Of a stretch of DNA of 64,000 nt, positions 50,390-61,479 are shown in pieces. The DNA comes from a virus. The stretch is taken from IMG/VR virus record IMGVR_UViG_3300025030_000080, positions 1 through 64,000 of that record, one strand, 5' to 3'. The position numbers and the translations under genes were made by a program. A model generated the notes under the pieces. It did not search any database and was not told the DNA's origin. It was given only the letters and a program-made list of their open reading frames with translations. The first letter of the stretch is position 1. Every line of letters begins with the position of its first letter.

Positions 50390-53215
50390 TCATTTCCCCT
50401 CCGCTAACATTATTTTACGGGCGTCATTTTGTATCTTTTTTACAAATGTAGGAACGAACATCGTTTTCAAAACTTCGGTTTTCTCTATAACGTCTTGTAA
50501 AGATTTGATTCCTTTTTCATAGAGTTTCCGCGCTTTAACACCACCGATCCCTGGAATTTTTACGAGGGGGATCATTTCCTCCGGTATTCCGTATTGAATT
50601 CTGATCGGGAGGATCTTCCAAAACTCCCCACGATCCCATCTACCATGTCGAGAATCTATCAAGGATAGAGCTTGAACAAGACGATGGATATCATATTTAA
50701 TTGTTCGGGCGTTCGCTTTCAAAACTCCTTCTAACTCGTTCCCTTGAAGAAGTCCGTAAGCTGCAAGAGAAAAATGAACGGCATCAGAGGCCATTAATCC
50801 CCGGTTACGGAGTTTCCACTTCATTTCGTCGGCTTCACTTTGAATTTCTCTAGGGATATATCCCCAGTCATTGTTTGGAGAATCCGTAAGTGCCCAAGAA
50901 ATAGATAGATCGTCTATTATCGGTTTCGTATAAGACCATCCACAATATCCACAACATATTTTGGGCTCTGTTATAATATTTGGTAATTTACAAGCTGGAC
51001 AAATATCGTTCGTCTTGGGAGTTCCAAATAATTGATTCCAATTTTTGTACCATGCATATATGGTATAGGGATCGTAGTATAACCATCCAGATACTTGCCC
51101 CAACCCCGTCAGAGTATAGTGAGTGCCTTTGTTGATTACCATTTCCATTTGTTCTAAATCATCTAGTAGACCTTTGGCATCGTGAATAGTAAATTCTTCT
51201 CCTTGAAAATAAGCAAGGGATCTTGAATACCAAATAAGTAAACTTTTTGGATCGGTTATTACTCTATTTTGAATTTCCGCCAAAACGTGAAATGCTAGAA
51301 CTTGGTGGGTTTTCAAAACAGATAAAGTTGGACGGGGGTTTCTAAAAACCTCTTTCCACGTTTCTGTAGTTCCTTCTGGAATTATTAGATATACAAATCC
51401 TGAATCATCAATTCCGAAACGACCGGCGCGACCGGATTCCTGCAAAATATCTAATTCGTCCACTTCGGAAAGGCCCCTATGAACTCCCACTATAATTACG
51501 TTTCTGGCTGGTAAATTCCTCCCGTATGCCAAAGTGCTTGTTGAAATCAATACTCTTAATCCTCCTGATCTATTAGAAAAAGATGATTCTATACCGGACC
51601 TTTCTGTACTATCTAAATCTGCATTATGAAATATAGATTCTATGCCTTCATCTTTGAGTTTACTAACAATGTTCCTACCAGTTCCTTTATCATGAACGAA
51701 TACGAGAAACTTTTCATTTGGTTTACTTTTAATTATATCAATAGTTAATTTTCTTTTTGCTTCTTGAGATGATTGGTAACTTTCTCCTCCAAATCTATTT
51801 CTTTCTATTTTGTATTCTACATAATGCATTTGTAATTGTACTGGTCTCCAAGTAGAAAATATAACTTTGGTTTCTTTTTGATTCAATTTTATTAGCCAAG
51901 CCCCTAATTGGTCTACATTAGGCATTGTAGCAGAAAGTAGTATCAATCTTGCTTTTTTGTTAATTGAGGTAAATCGCATAAGTCCTGTTTCGATTGCATG
52001 TCCACGAGTGGCCAGCCCAATAACATGAGATTCGTCCGTTACTACTAATCCAATATCTAATATCCAATCGTATTTTTCTGTTTCTGCTCTTCTAGTAACG
52101 GAGTCTAATAATTCAGAGGTACAGATTATTATATTTGCTGTTCTGGCTTCTAACATTTGTTTTTCTCTTTCGTTAGGACTCCAAAGTGTATCCCCAGTTA
52201 ACATTAATATTTTTTTGTCAGGAAAACGAATTTTCCAATCCTCGAATTTTTCTGCAGAAAGGGATTTTAACGGTGAGGTGTATAAAACTTTCATATTTCC
52301 TAGTAAACATTCTTCCATAATTATCTCCGCAAGAATCGTCTTTCCGCTACTAGTATTTGCACCTACTGATATGTTGCAATCATCCCCTCTAAACGGGTAC
52401 ACTAAACTTTGAACGGGATTAAACTTTTCAAACTTGTAAGGGTATCCAGTAGTCGGGATTAATTCCATCCCCGGAGTGTCGGATACTACTGTTATGTTAT
52501 CGTATTTACTGGGTTGATTTTGACGATCTCCTATAACCGTGAGTTCCCCTCCGTTTCCGTTTTCTACAGGGGCGTCGCACACTTTGATCGGGGTTTCGTC
52601 TTCATTTTCGTCAGCCCCCGGTTCTCTGATTTCTTCTTCGACTTCAATAAAAGTGGGATCATAGACCCAACCTTTTGATAGGATTTTCGCCTCCATCGTT
52701 TGATACCCTTTTGGAGATATTTCTCCCAAGACGTAGGCAAGTTGCCCGTCTGTTAAACTTTTGTACTTTTCCAATCCCGTGAGAAGATTTTCTGCAAACG
52801 TAGGGTTAGATGAAATCCTGACTGTTTCTTTTAATACGGATTTAACATATCCCCAGTCAATTATGGAAACGTTTGGGGCATCGTTCATGAAAAGTAAAAT
52901 TCCTGCCATAATACGTTGGGCGACGGATTCCTTACTGGTGACTCTGTAAACTCTTTTCCCTTTGCCTAACGGTCTATCATCCCGACTGTTCCAGAGGACA
53001 AGTCGGATGGCATCTTCGCCAACTCCTCTTGTTTTATTTGTTCGTTTATCAACGCTAGAGTATACCATAATTTTAATTATTGGATGAGAAGTTTTCAATA
53101 AATATTGATACTCTTGGGATCTGGAGTTTTCGTATGGTTCTGCCCCTAAATCATATTTTTTGAATATTCCTTCTTCGAAATCTTCTTTGGATAACTCAAT
53201 GTATTCAGTGGCCAT
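50390..53215 (-). CDS. Ski2/Hel308-like SF2 helicase with N-terminal extension and C-terminal HhH
   Basis: FNPVQ, TSSGKT, PLKSLSAEK, DESH, LSAT, STSTLAYGRNLPA, GRAGR, IPGIGGVKARKL. Confidence 0.85.
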   Translation of the reverse strand: MATEYIELSKEDFEEGIFKKYDLGAEPYENSRSQEYQYLLKTSHPIIKIMVYSSVDKRTNKTRGVGEDAIRLVLWNSRDDRPLGKGKRVYRVTSKESVAQRIMAGILLFMNDAPNVSIIDWGYVKSVLKETVRISSNPTFAENLLTGLEKYKSLTDGQLAYVLGEISPKGYQTMEAKILSKGWVYDPTFIEVEEEIREPGADENEDETPIKVCDAPVENGNGGELTVIGDRQNQPSKYDNITVVSDTPGMELIPTTGYPYKFEKFNPVQSLVYPFRGDDCNISVGANTSSGKTILAEIIMEECLLGNMKVLYTSPLKSLSAEKFEDWKIRFPDKKILMLTGDTLWSPNEREKQMLEARTANIIICTSELLDSVTRRAETEKYDWILDIGLVVTDESHVIGLATRGHAIETGLMRFTSINKKARLILLSATMPNVDQLGAWLIKLNQKETKVIFSTWRPVQLQMHYVEYKIERNRFGGESYQSSQEAKRKLTIDIIKSKPNEKFLVFVHDKGTGRNIVSKLKDEGIESIFHNADLDSTERSGIESSFSNRSGGLRVLISTSTLAYGRNLPARNVIIVGVHRGLSEVDELDILQESGRAGRFGIDDSGFVYLIIPEGTTETWKEVFRNPRPTLSVLKTHQVLAFHVLAEIQNRVITDPKSLLIWYSRSLAYFQGEEFTIHDAKGLLDDLEQMEMVINKGTHYTLTGLGQVSGWLYYDPYTIYAWYKNWNQLFGTPKTNDICPACKLPNIITEPKICCGYCGWSYTKPIIDDLSISWALTDSPNNDWGYIPREIQSEADEMKWKLRNRGLMASDAVHFSLAAYGLLQGNELEGVLKANARTIKYDIHRLVQALSLIDSRHGRWDRGEFWKILPIRIQYGIPEEMIPLVKIPGIGGVKARKLYEKGIKSLQDVIEKTEVLKTMFVPTFVKKIQNDARKIMLAEGK

Positions 53216-55282
53216 TCTGGCCCTCCTTTAATTTCCCTAATATCTTTTGGTATTAGTATTATCAAATACTATACAAGCATCTGCTATGGAATCTAAAACA
53301 GTTATTTTTACTACCAATGTTCTGTTTATTTGTATTCTAGCCCATTTAATGGCTTCTTTTTTGGAAATTAAGAATTTTAATTTATTTATGCAAACATAAT
53401 ATTTCTTTTTTCTTTCCCCCACTTGAGAATATACTAAATATTCTATCATTTTTTCCTCCTTGTACTTTTAATAATTTCCACCTTTCGGTTGAATCGGGTT
53501 CCTACTGGCCAAATATCGCATTTTAATAAGCAATTTAAAAAATAATCTTCAACTTCTTCTTTTTCTTCAGGTTTTGTCAAAAACCCTTTTTCATTTACGG
53601 GATAGAAAAATAGACGATCATCTCCAATAAAATGTCTGGATATAAATTTCCCTGTTTTTGAAGGAATATAGGTTATCTTGAGAGTCCCATATTTTTTGGG
53701 GTAACGTTCTATTTCATTTATATCTTGATAATCATATGGAACTTGACTTATAGTACCTTCTACTTCAGATTGCCATGAAGGATCTTTTCTTTTTTTGTGC
53801 ACTATAAACGAAGGTCTTTTCATATTCCCTCCTTTAACACTCCGTTGGAAACCAACTTTTTACTTTTTGAATCACATATGTTTCTTTTCTATTTGTAAAT
53901 GTTTTTTCATACCATTCTTGTTTCTCCTTTGCTTCTTTTTCAGTTGAGAAAGCAGACATGACTATAAATTCTTTTCCTCTTCCTTTTATTTTCCACCATC
54001 CCACCAACCATATATCTCTTCTTTCTAATTTCATATTCTTCTTACTTAACGTCTGATCTTCTCAAAATTTCTTTAACCACTAATCCTAAAGCCAAAGTAT
54101 TTCCTGCTAAATTTTCTATTGCACTTTCTAATCCTTCTAAGGATCTATCATATCCTCCCATTCCTTGAATAGCATCTACATCAGAAATAATTTCATCCGT
54201 CATGGCAATTAGTCCATTTTTACTTAAAGATTTAAGTATATTATTATTCATATTTATCTTAACCAAAGACATACGAATGAGGGATTATCATAAAACTTAG
54301 AACTGGTAGATGCTAATATTTTTCCAGTTTTATTATTACATCCAATAGACCAAATCCAATTTTCTGTATCAGCATCGCAATAATCTGCTCCTTCAGTAAA
54401 TTGAGTAAGGATATAATCCCCCTCTTTTGTCTTCTTACAATGGGATAAATCAATACATTCTCCAGAGGTTAATTTTTCCGCCATTCTGAGATTACTTAGT
54501 CTACTCCACCTTGGGGCTATAGTTCTGTTCATAGGATTTTTTTTCATTTTACCCTCCTATAGTGGGGAACTCCATTTTTTATGATCAATTCTACTTTTTC
54601 CTTATTTACCAACTTTCCCATTACTGCTCCCCAAATAGATTTACTGAAAGTTCGAGGAGTTTTAACTCCTTTTCTAATACTTTCCATGGTAATACCCGGT
54701 CCTGAGTCGGGGAGGTTTTCCAAAATAGCATTTCCTAATGGGAATTTTTCCGATCTTTTTGCATACTTCTTTTTAGGTTTTTCTTCTTGAGATGGTTCGA
54801 ATAATATTGCTACCCGGAGTAAAACGTCACTCAATTTTTCATAATGGTATTTATTTAATCCTACCATTAGTAAATAAATTGGAACTTTTATAATAGGATC
54901 AGATTTCTTTTCAATTGATATTTTCATGGTAAAAGTTCCTTTTCTAATTTCGCAATTGCTTGGTGAGCCTCTGTTTCTCTCTCCGCATAATTGGCTTTTC
55001 CCACATAAGATATGCTACCATGAGCAGTATGAACCAATTTGTTTATATCATCTTTATATTTTTGTAGAGAAATAAATTTTTCCTTTCTTTCTTCTTGGAT
55101 TTCCCCTTTATCTTTTATTGCTCCTATTAATTCATTTGGCTGGATATAATACATTTTGCTATTATGTATTAATCGGACATTTCTCCATTCTGTAGTTGCT
55201 AAAATGAGAGCTTCTTGGAAACAATCTCCTACAGATACTCCAGGTTTAGCAGATAATTGAATATAAACTAATTCTGTATTTT

Positions 55283-55651
55283 TCATTTAACTCCCCCTAT
55301 CATTTCTCTACTTTGAGCAAACTTAATAAGATTTTCAACTTCGTCTTTAGTCCAACGTTTCTTTGCACGATCTCCTAAATCAGTAGGATTTCCATGAAGC
55401 CATTTCTCCGCGAAGTATGAAGCGCAAGTGGATCCAAATCCTTTCTTGATAGAATCTTCATTTTTTAACGTTCTTCCGCAATTTCTACATTTCGGAGTTC
55501 TGTACAAAAGAAAGTCTTTAATATATTGTTTATCTGGTAAAGAACTTTGAACTTTCAATTTGGTAGACCCGCAATACATACAACGAATGTCTAATGGATT
55601 AGAACCAGATTTAAAATCTTTTCCGCACTTTTGACAAGAATATCTTTTCAT
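55283..55651 (-). CDS. zinc-finger / DUF6011-like protein
   Basis: CRNCGRTLKNEDSIKKGFGSTC. Confidence 0.65.
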   Translation of the reverse strand: MKRYSCQKCGKDFKSGSNPLDIRCMYCGSTKLKVQSSLPDKQYIKDFLLYRTPKCRNCGRTLKNEDSIKKGFGSTCASYFAEKWLHGNPTDLGDRAKKRWTKDEVENLIKFAQSREMIGGVK

Positions 55652-56123
55652 AATATTTTTACCTCCTTGGAATTAAGTAGTTTACCCCATAAGTTCTTCC
55701 AACAATCTGAACAAACTTTCACTTTATTTAGTATTCCATCTTCTACCTCCATTTGAGCGTCTATTAATTTGACTTTATCAATTCCACATATGACGCATTT
55801 ATTTTTTGTTGGATTTGCCATGCTAACCTCCTATTTCATCTCCTCCTGAATAGAATGTCTAGGAGAGAAGAAATCTTTCAATTTTCCAGTATTACGATCA
55901 AGATGTACTCTAATGCCAAATACATCGTGGGCAAAATCAAAATCCTCCGCATCTAAAAGATTAGATAGATGCATAGGGTTTCCATTACAATGGCAAGCAG
56001 CTATATCCATTTGAGCGTCCTTTTCGTCATACTGCCATCCTGCATTATCTGCCATTTTGACTGCTCGATGAGCTATCTTTTCAATGGTGGTTAAATCCTT
56101 TTTAGTAACTTTAAATGTAACGC

Positions 56124-56438
56124 TCATATTCCCCTCCTTTTAATTTGAGATAATGGAACGGGTTTGAAATACCTATCCCTTTCAATACCTAATCCAAACC
56201 TCCCTCTAAATTTGGTTAACTCTTTGAGGGAAAACATTCCTAATTCATCTTCAAACCCTTGAACTAACCCAAAAAAGTAAAAATCCTCCCCCTCTGCAGA
56301 ACCCTCCGTTGCATACCAAGTCCAACTTCCTGTAGGATCGAAGAACTTTACCCAAACGGTGGGATCAGGATTATTTTCCTGACTGTATAATGGGGGCAAC
56401 TTACTCAAAATTTCTTTTGTTAATAGTTTCATGGCCAT
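56124..56438 (-). CDS. DUF2958 family protein
   Basis: LPPLYSQE...VKFFDPTGSWTWYATE...FFGLVQGFEDELGMFSLKEL...IERDRYF. Confidence 0.85.
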   Translation of the reverse strand: MAMKLLTKEILSKLPPLYSQENNPDPTVWVKFFDPTGSWTWYATEGSAEGEDFYFFGLVQGFEDELGMFSLKELTKFRGRFGLGIERDRYFKPVPLSQIKRRGI

Positions 56439-58721
56439 TTTATTCCTCCTTTACGAATGATTATCTAACAATTCATAGCCATCATCTAAATACATACCTC
56501 GGTGCTCTCCGCATAGGTAGGCACGACGATGAATTTTCTTTGTTATCGGATCTCTTACAATCATGAGATGAACGTCATCGTCATAGTTTTCATGCTCTCC
56601 ATTTCGGCAATCGGCACATCGTTTTTCTTTCATTTTCGTTACTCCACGTCGAACCATTTAAAGCAAGTTTGAAGTACGTGATCGTAATCCCCCGACGTAG
56701 CATCATCTTGAAATTCTTTAATTTGTTCTGGAGTTGCTCCTTCTCTTCGGAGTACTCTAATACATCTTCCGATGATACTGAAAGCGTTTCCATCTTCTCC
56801 GGTCAATTTGATCGTCGGTTTTGGCTCAAGCATTTTTCTCTCCTTTCTTCTTTTTAAATTCTTCTTTCAATTCATTTATTCTTTCTCTACTGGTTGCAAG
56901 TATGGGTTGTAAATCATTTACTAATTTCCATGCTTCTAACGTTTTTATATGGTATCTGTGATCTCCTATTATCAAAGTAATCCAATACTTTCTTTTTCTA
57001 TCCTTTTTGTAGGCTTTGGCAGCTATCATGTCCTCTCCTTCACCACTAACCATATATCATGGGGTCCTTGGCCTATCCAAATTAAACATCCTTGTTCTCT
57101 TTTGCCTTTACGAATTGCTTCTTTTTTATGCTCAAAAGCCCCCAAAAATATTAAATTTTCCTGCCTCAATTCTTCTCTAACGAAAGGACAAGCGATCATG
57201 GATCCATCAATATAATGGTTCCCCGTTATATCCATTGGAATACTTTGGTTGCATCCTATGCAGGAATTTACCGGAATTCTCATTTTCCCTCCTCCTCCAT
57301 CAGAAATATTCTCTTCTTCAACTCTTGATCACCATGATCCCCCACTACGTCTGGCGGTACGGAGAATGCTAGGAAGTCCCCAGGGGTATCTCCATCCCCC
57401 TGTCCCGGATAGCAAGGGGAACAGAGAGCACAACGAATTCCCCATTTTGATTGAACAACTTGAACAACATTACTATCCCACCGGACGATAGCGGAGTATT
57501 CTGATTCTTTATCAGGATTGAAAAATCCTTTATCATCTTTTTTGAATCCTATAAGATGAGTATCTGCGTCTATATCTCCACAATCGCATTCCCCTTTTGC
57601 TTGGTAATCTTTACAATTTGCTAAATGTTCTTCTAATGCCATATCAATTCCTGCCCATGCATCATCATCAATGAATTCTAAATTATTTAGTTGAAACACC
57701 CCTGTCGTTGCTACATTTGGGTCTACGTGAATTCCGTAATGATTCATTTTTACCTCCTTTACTTGTTATCAAATTTTGCCCATCCTATCGAGTTTCCATT
57801 ATCATCCCAAAGAATGATAGTCTTTGGAAGTTTTATTCCTTCCTCTTCTATCTCATTGGCTTTGTTTTGAATCTGTAATAATACTTGGTTTAATGCCTTC
57901 GAATAGTTATCAACGAATGATGAATTTCCCGTCTGAATCTTAATTGTTATCATTTTTCTCCTCCCTTAAAGGTCCGTACCCCAATGGATTAAAATCTTTT
58001 GCCTTCCCTTTATCACATCTTGGACAAGGAAGTTCTAAATCATTAGGGAGGAATCCCACTATATATTTACAATGGGGACACTCCCAACGAAAGCAGAAAA
58101 CGTTACTTGATGGTTTATTTGACATTATTTTCTTCTCTTTGGTTGAATAGCATCTGCCACTAAATCAGATGGAGCATAAATCCATTTTCTTCCCCCAGTG
58201 TCGATTCTGTTAAAGGGAATACCTTTACATTCCCTTATAGTTTCGGCACATCTGTTTTCTACCGCGTGAATGAGAGCAGTAATTCCGTTCCGAAGTTTTT
58301 TTTCCATCGCAGGAGTAATGCGAATATCTTTGCGAATAAAATCTACTAATTCTTTTTCTTCCTTTAATTTTATCATTTATAGAACCTCCGTTAGAATACG
58401 CCAGGATTTGAGAGTGCGTTCTTCATTGAATATAGCCTCAATTGGAATACCAATTAGTTTCTGCGTTTTATTCACTTTGGCTTCGAAAAGGGTCCTGTCG
58501 ATAAATCGCATTACCTTATCAAATGATTTACTTCTGTCGTCCTCTGTCCACTTTGTATGCTCAGTCCACTTTATCAGGGAAGGACTCCAGGTACATTCAC
58601 TAGTACAAACCCCCCATCCTTGCCCACTTAGAGTTATATGAACCCCAAGCATTGCATCTTGGTACCCCCCAATACCTACGTCAAACTGACCAATTTTTCC
58701 CAATTCCTTGTACTCTGTCAT

Positions 58722-59576
58722 TTACGCTACCTCCTCTTTTGCTTTTTCTTCTGGTTTAATAATATGATCAAACGCTTTCTGCGCTTTACTTGCGGCAGAA
58801 ATGACCAAGTTGGGTTCTTCCTTCAACCTTTTCATCCAACTTTGGATATAAGCAATTGAATTTTCAAACGGAGATTTAATTCCTACCTTGCTATATAGAA
58901 ATACAGATCCTATTTCTGCTATTAATTCCTCCTTGCTATAGTCAGGAGAACCAAACGGAGGAAAAGTATCTCGATCAAATCCATCTCTATCGGCTCTATT
59001 TGGGTGTCCCGTAGAATGTACCATTTCATGAAAAAGAACTTCATAATAATATTCAGAAGATTCAAACGTTTTCATATCAGGCATATAGATTACATCTGTA
59101 CGAGGGGCATATGCAGCCCGATCCGATTGAAATATTTTGGGTTTATCAGAGTATCCTTCCACCACTTTTTCACATTCTTCAATAGGGTTAATAATCCTGG
59201 ATAATGTTGGAGGAATCTTACTTTCAATTCCCTCGCAATCTTCTACATTAAATACCTTGTAATATCTAAGCATAGGGACCGTTTTCAATCCATCCTTACT
59301 ATTTTCATCTAAGTATTCCAAACTTTTGAAATAGACTACCATTGCTCCTTGCGTTCCCTTTTTTACATTTCCTCCTAAATTTGACACTTGTGTATACGTT
59401 GCCCAATATGGACTACTTTTTCCTTCTAATGTTAGAAGAATCACGTTGATACCTCTATAATCCTTTTTACTAATCAAATTCTTGGGAGAGGAAATGGCCC
59501 AAGGCTTATGCCAGGGGACAACTCCCTTTTCAAGTTGATCTATAATTTTTTGGGCGATAATTTCATTCACATGCAT
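58722..59576 (-). CDS. ardC: ArdC-like antirestriction/ssDNA-binding protein with zincin domain
   Basis: GVVPWHKPW, YRGIN, WATYTQ, VFNVE, FHEMVHSTGH, YSKEELIAE. Confidence 0.88.
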   Translation of the reverse strand: MHVNEIIAQKIIDQLEKGVVPWHKPWAISSPKNLISKKDYRGINVILLTLEGKSSPYWATYTQVSNLGGNVKKGTQGAMVVYFKSLEYLDENSKDGLKTVPMLRYYKVFNVEDCEGIESKIPPTLSRIINPIEECEKVVEGYSDKPKIFQSDRAAYAPRTDVIYMPDMKTFESSEYYYEVLFHEMVHSTGHPNRADRDGFDRDTFPPFGSPDYSKEELIAEIGSVFLYSKVGIKSPFENSIAYIQSWMKRLKEEPNLVISAASKAQKAFDHIIKPEEKAKEEVA

Positions 59577-59980
59577 TATCGTACCTCCTTTAATGGAAGG
59601 ATAGAATCACACCAAGCGGTATCTTTAGGAAATGTATGTTCATAATATTTGATGTTACCCTTTTTTACATCTTTCCAATATTGTTCATATCTTTTCGCAG
59701 TATCAAAGTAAGAATTCCCTGGAGGATGTGTTTTAAATAATGGTTCTGTAACTCCCATAGCAGAACATTTTAATATTTTCAAATCTATTGAGGGTCTTTC
59801 TAACTGAAATTTAATTGCCTTTTCTAAATTAAAAAAAGCAATCAATTTTGACCTTCTATCTTTAGAAATTCTCCCAATTCGATAAATCTTTTTCCAACCT
59901 CTTGGAGCATAGCAAGAAGTTAATCTACCTCCTTCAACCCGAACAACTTTGTATACTATTCTGGATTCTCCTTCAGCCAT
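59576..59980 (-). CDS. hypothetical protein
   Basis: 134-aa coupled ORF. Confidence 0.55.
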   Translation of the reverse strand: MAEGESRIVYKVVRVEGGRLTSCYAPRGWKKIYRIGRISKDRRSKLIAFFNLEKAIKFQLERPSIDLKILKCSAMGVTEPLFKTHPPGNSYFDTAKRYEQYWKDVKKGNIKYYEHTFPKDTAWCDSILPLKEVR

Positions 59981-60316
59981 TTTCTTCTCCTTTCATCTCT
60001 TTGTAGGTTAACCCAATCTCTTGGCAAGCCTTCTTTTCCTTTTCATAATGCCCTTCTCCTCCAAGAAGTTTGTCGAATAAGTTATCCCACATCCTACCAG
60101 TCGCCTCCAACACTTCAATATCAGTTTCTTCGATTTCCATTTATGTCCCCTTCCTTTTCAAAACATACCCCATCCATCCTGCTTGCCAAAATAAATACTT
60201 CCCCGTTCCTAAAAGGAAATTGACGGCTTCCAAATTATGGAAATATCCTATTAATCCATCCATATCAATAAATTTATTAGAAGTTGCTAATGCTTCTTCT
60301 TCAGTATTTATTTTTT

Positions 60317-60997
60317 TCATCTAAATTCCTCCACTTTTTTGGATGATGTATTAAAATACTCTAATCTTTCATTATCACATCCTAATGCCCATAAATCATA
60401 ATTTACATTTTTAATTCTATTCCCTAGTACTTTGGAGTGACCAAATATTTGAGGAATGTCATAAAATTTTTCATCTCTGTAATCCGCCCAAAATATTCCT
60501 CCAAAAGGATCTCTTCCACCACGGCAACGCGGAATATTGAATATAACGCTTCCTTTCTTCCTACTTTTTAAAAACTCATTCCATTCCGCTATCAATATTT
60601 CAGATACGGAATTTTCTTTCATTGCTCCTTTTATAAAACGTTGAGAAAGCCCCTCAGAAATTCCACCATGGGTAATTACAAATCCATCTACTTCTGTTAC
60701 AGGAACAAATCGGTCAATAAACTCCTCATAAATTTCATTTAATCCTTTAGTCATATGATAATTATATCCAGAACACATAAACGGAGAATTGGTGAGATAG
60801 TGAATATCATGATTTCCCAAAAGTAATATGGCATCTGATTCTATTACTTTTTTCAAGGTATACAATATTTCTTCGTCTGAAGCATTAAAAGAATCCACAT
60901 AATCCCCGGTGAAAATATGAGTTTCCTCAGGTTTATATTTCAAAAACTTTTCTACTTTTGATAGCCTTCCGTGAACATCGCCAATTACTAATGCCAT
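60317..60997 (-). CDS. metallophosphoesterase
   Basis: IGDVHG, GDYVD, GNHD, THGG, GHS. Confidence 0.88.
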   Translation of the reverse strand: MALVIGDVHGRLSKVEKFLKYKPEETHIFTGDYVDSFNASDEEILYTLKKVIESDAILLLGNHDIHYLTNSPFMCSGYNYHMTKGLNEIYEEFIDRFVPVTEVDGFVITHGGISEGLSQRFIKGAMKENSVSEILIAEWNEFLKSRKKGSVIFNIPRCRGGRDPFGGIFWADYRDEKFYDIPQIFGHSKVLGNRIKNVNYDLWALGCDNERLEYFNTSSKKVEEFR

Positions 60998-61479
60998 TAT
61001 TTCCTCCTTGTTTCTCGGAATAATTCAATTAGAAATGCATATGCTTCCCTATAGATTCCAGGATGTTTATCTTCACTGGGACCGGCTACGTTCAAAATAT
61101 AAATCCCTTGGGCAAGAATCCAATCTTTAGCGGAGGTAAAGGGAAGGGGCATTCCATTAGGAAACGCTTCATTGTAAGGGACCATTATATAAGGTTTTTC
61201 CCAAGTTTTAAGAATTGTTAAGGTCAACTCCGTTCCTCTTGAATACTTTCCATCGGTATAAATTAATGTTCCGTCAGAATCCTCAACGTTTAATCTTGTT
61301 CGTGGAGGATAAGTAGCAGAAATAGTTTCCATCAATTTATACTTAGCAGGAATAACTCCATCTTTCGCTGTCCTCCCCTTTGGGCACCAACCTCCGTGGG
61401 GTATACCTAGTTCTATGGCGGCATCGAGTGCTGCCCTATCGACGCCCACTTGTCCACCACTGATCACTTTTTCAAGCAT
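60997..61479 (-). CDS. SLOG-family 'molybdenum carrier'-like protein
   Basis: ISGGQVGVDRAALD, GGWCPKGR, RTRLNV.DSDGTL, LNVAGP. Confidence 0.85.
   Translation of the reverse strand: MLEKVISGGQVGVDRAALDAAIELGIPHGGWCPKGRTAKDGVIPAKYKLMETISATYPPRTRLNVEDSDGTLIYTDGKYSRGTELTLTILKTWEKPYIMVPYNEAFPNGMPLPFTSAKDWILAQGIYILNVAGPSEDKHPGIYREAYAFLIELFRETRRK

Larger units (their letters stand above)
53237..58721 (-). other. array of small hypothetical (probably early) genes
   Basis: Many coupled minus-strand ORFs with strong GGAGG RBS. Confidence 0.55.
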
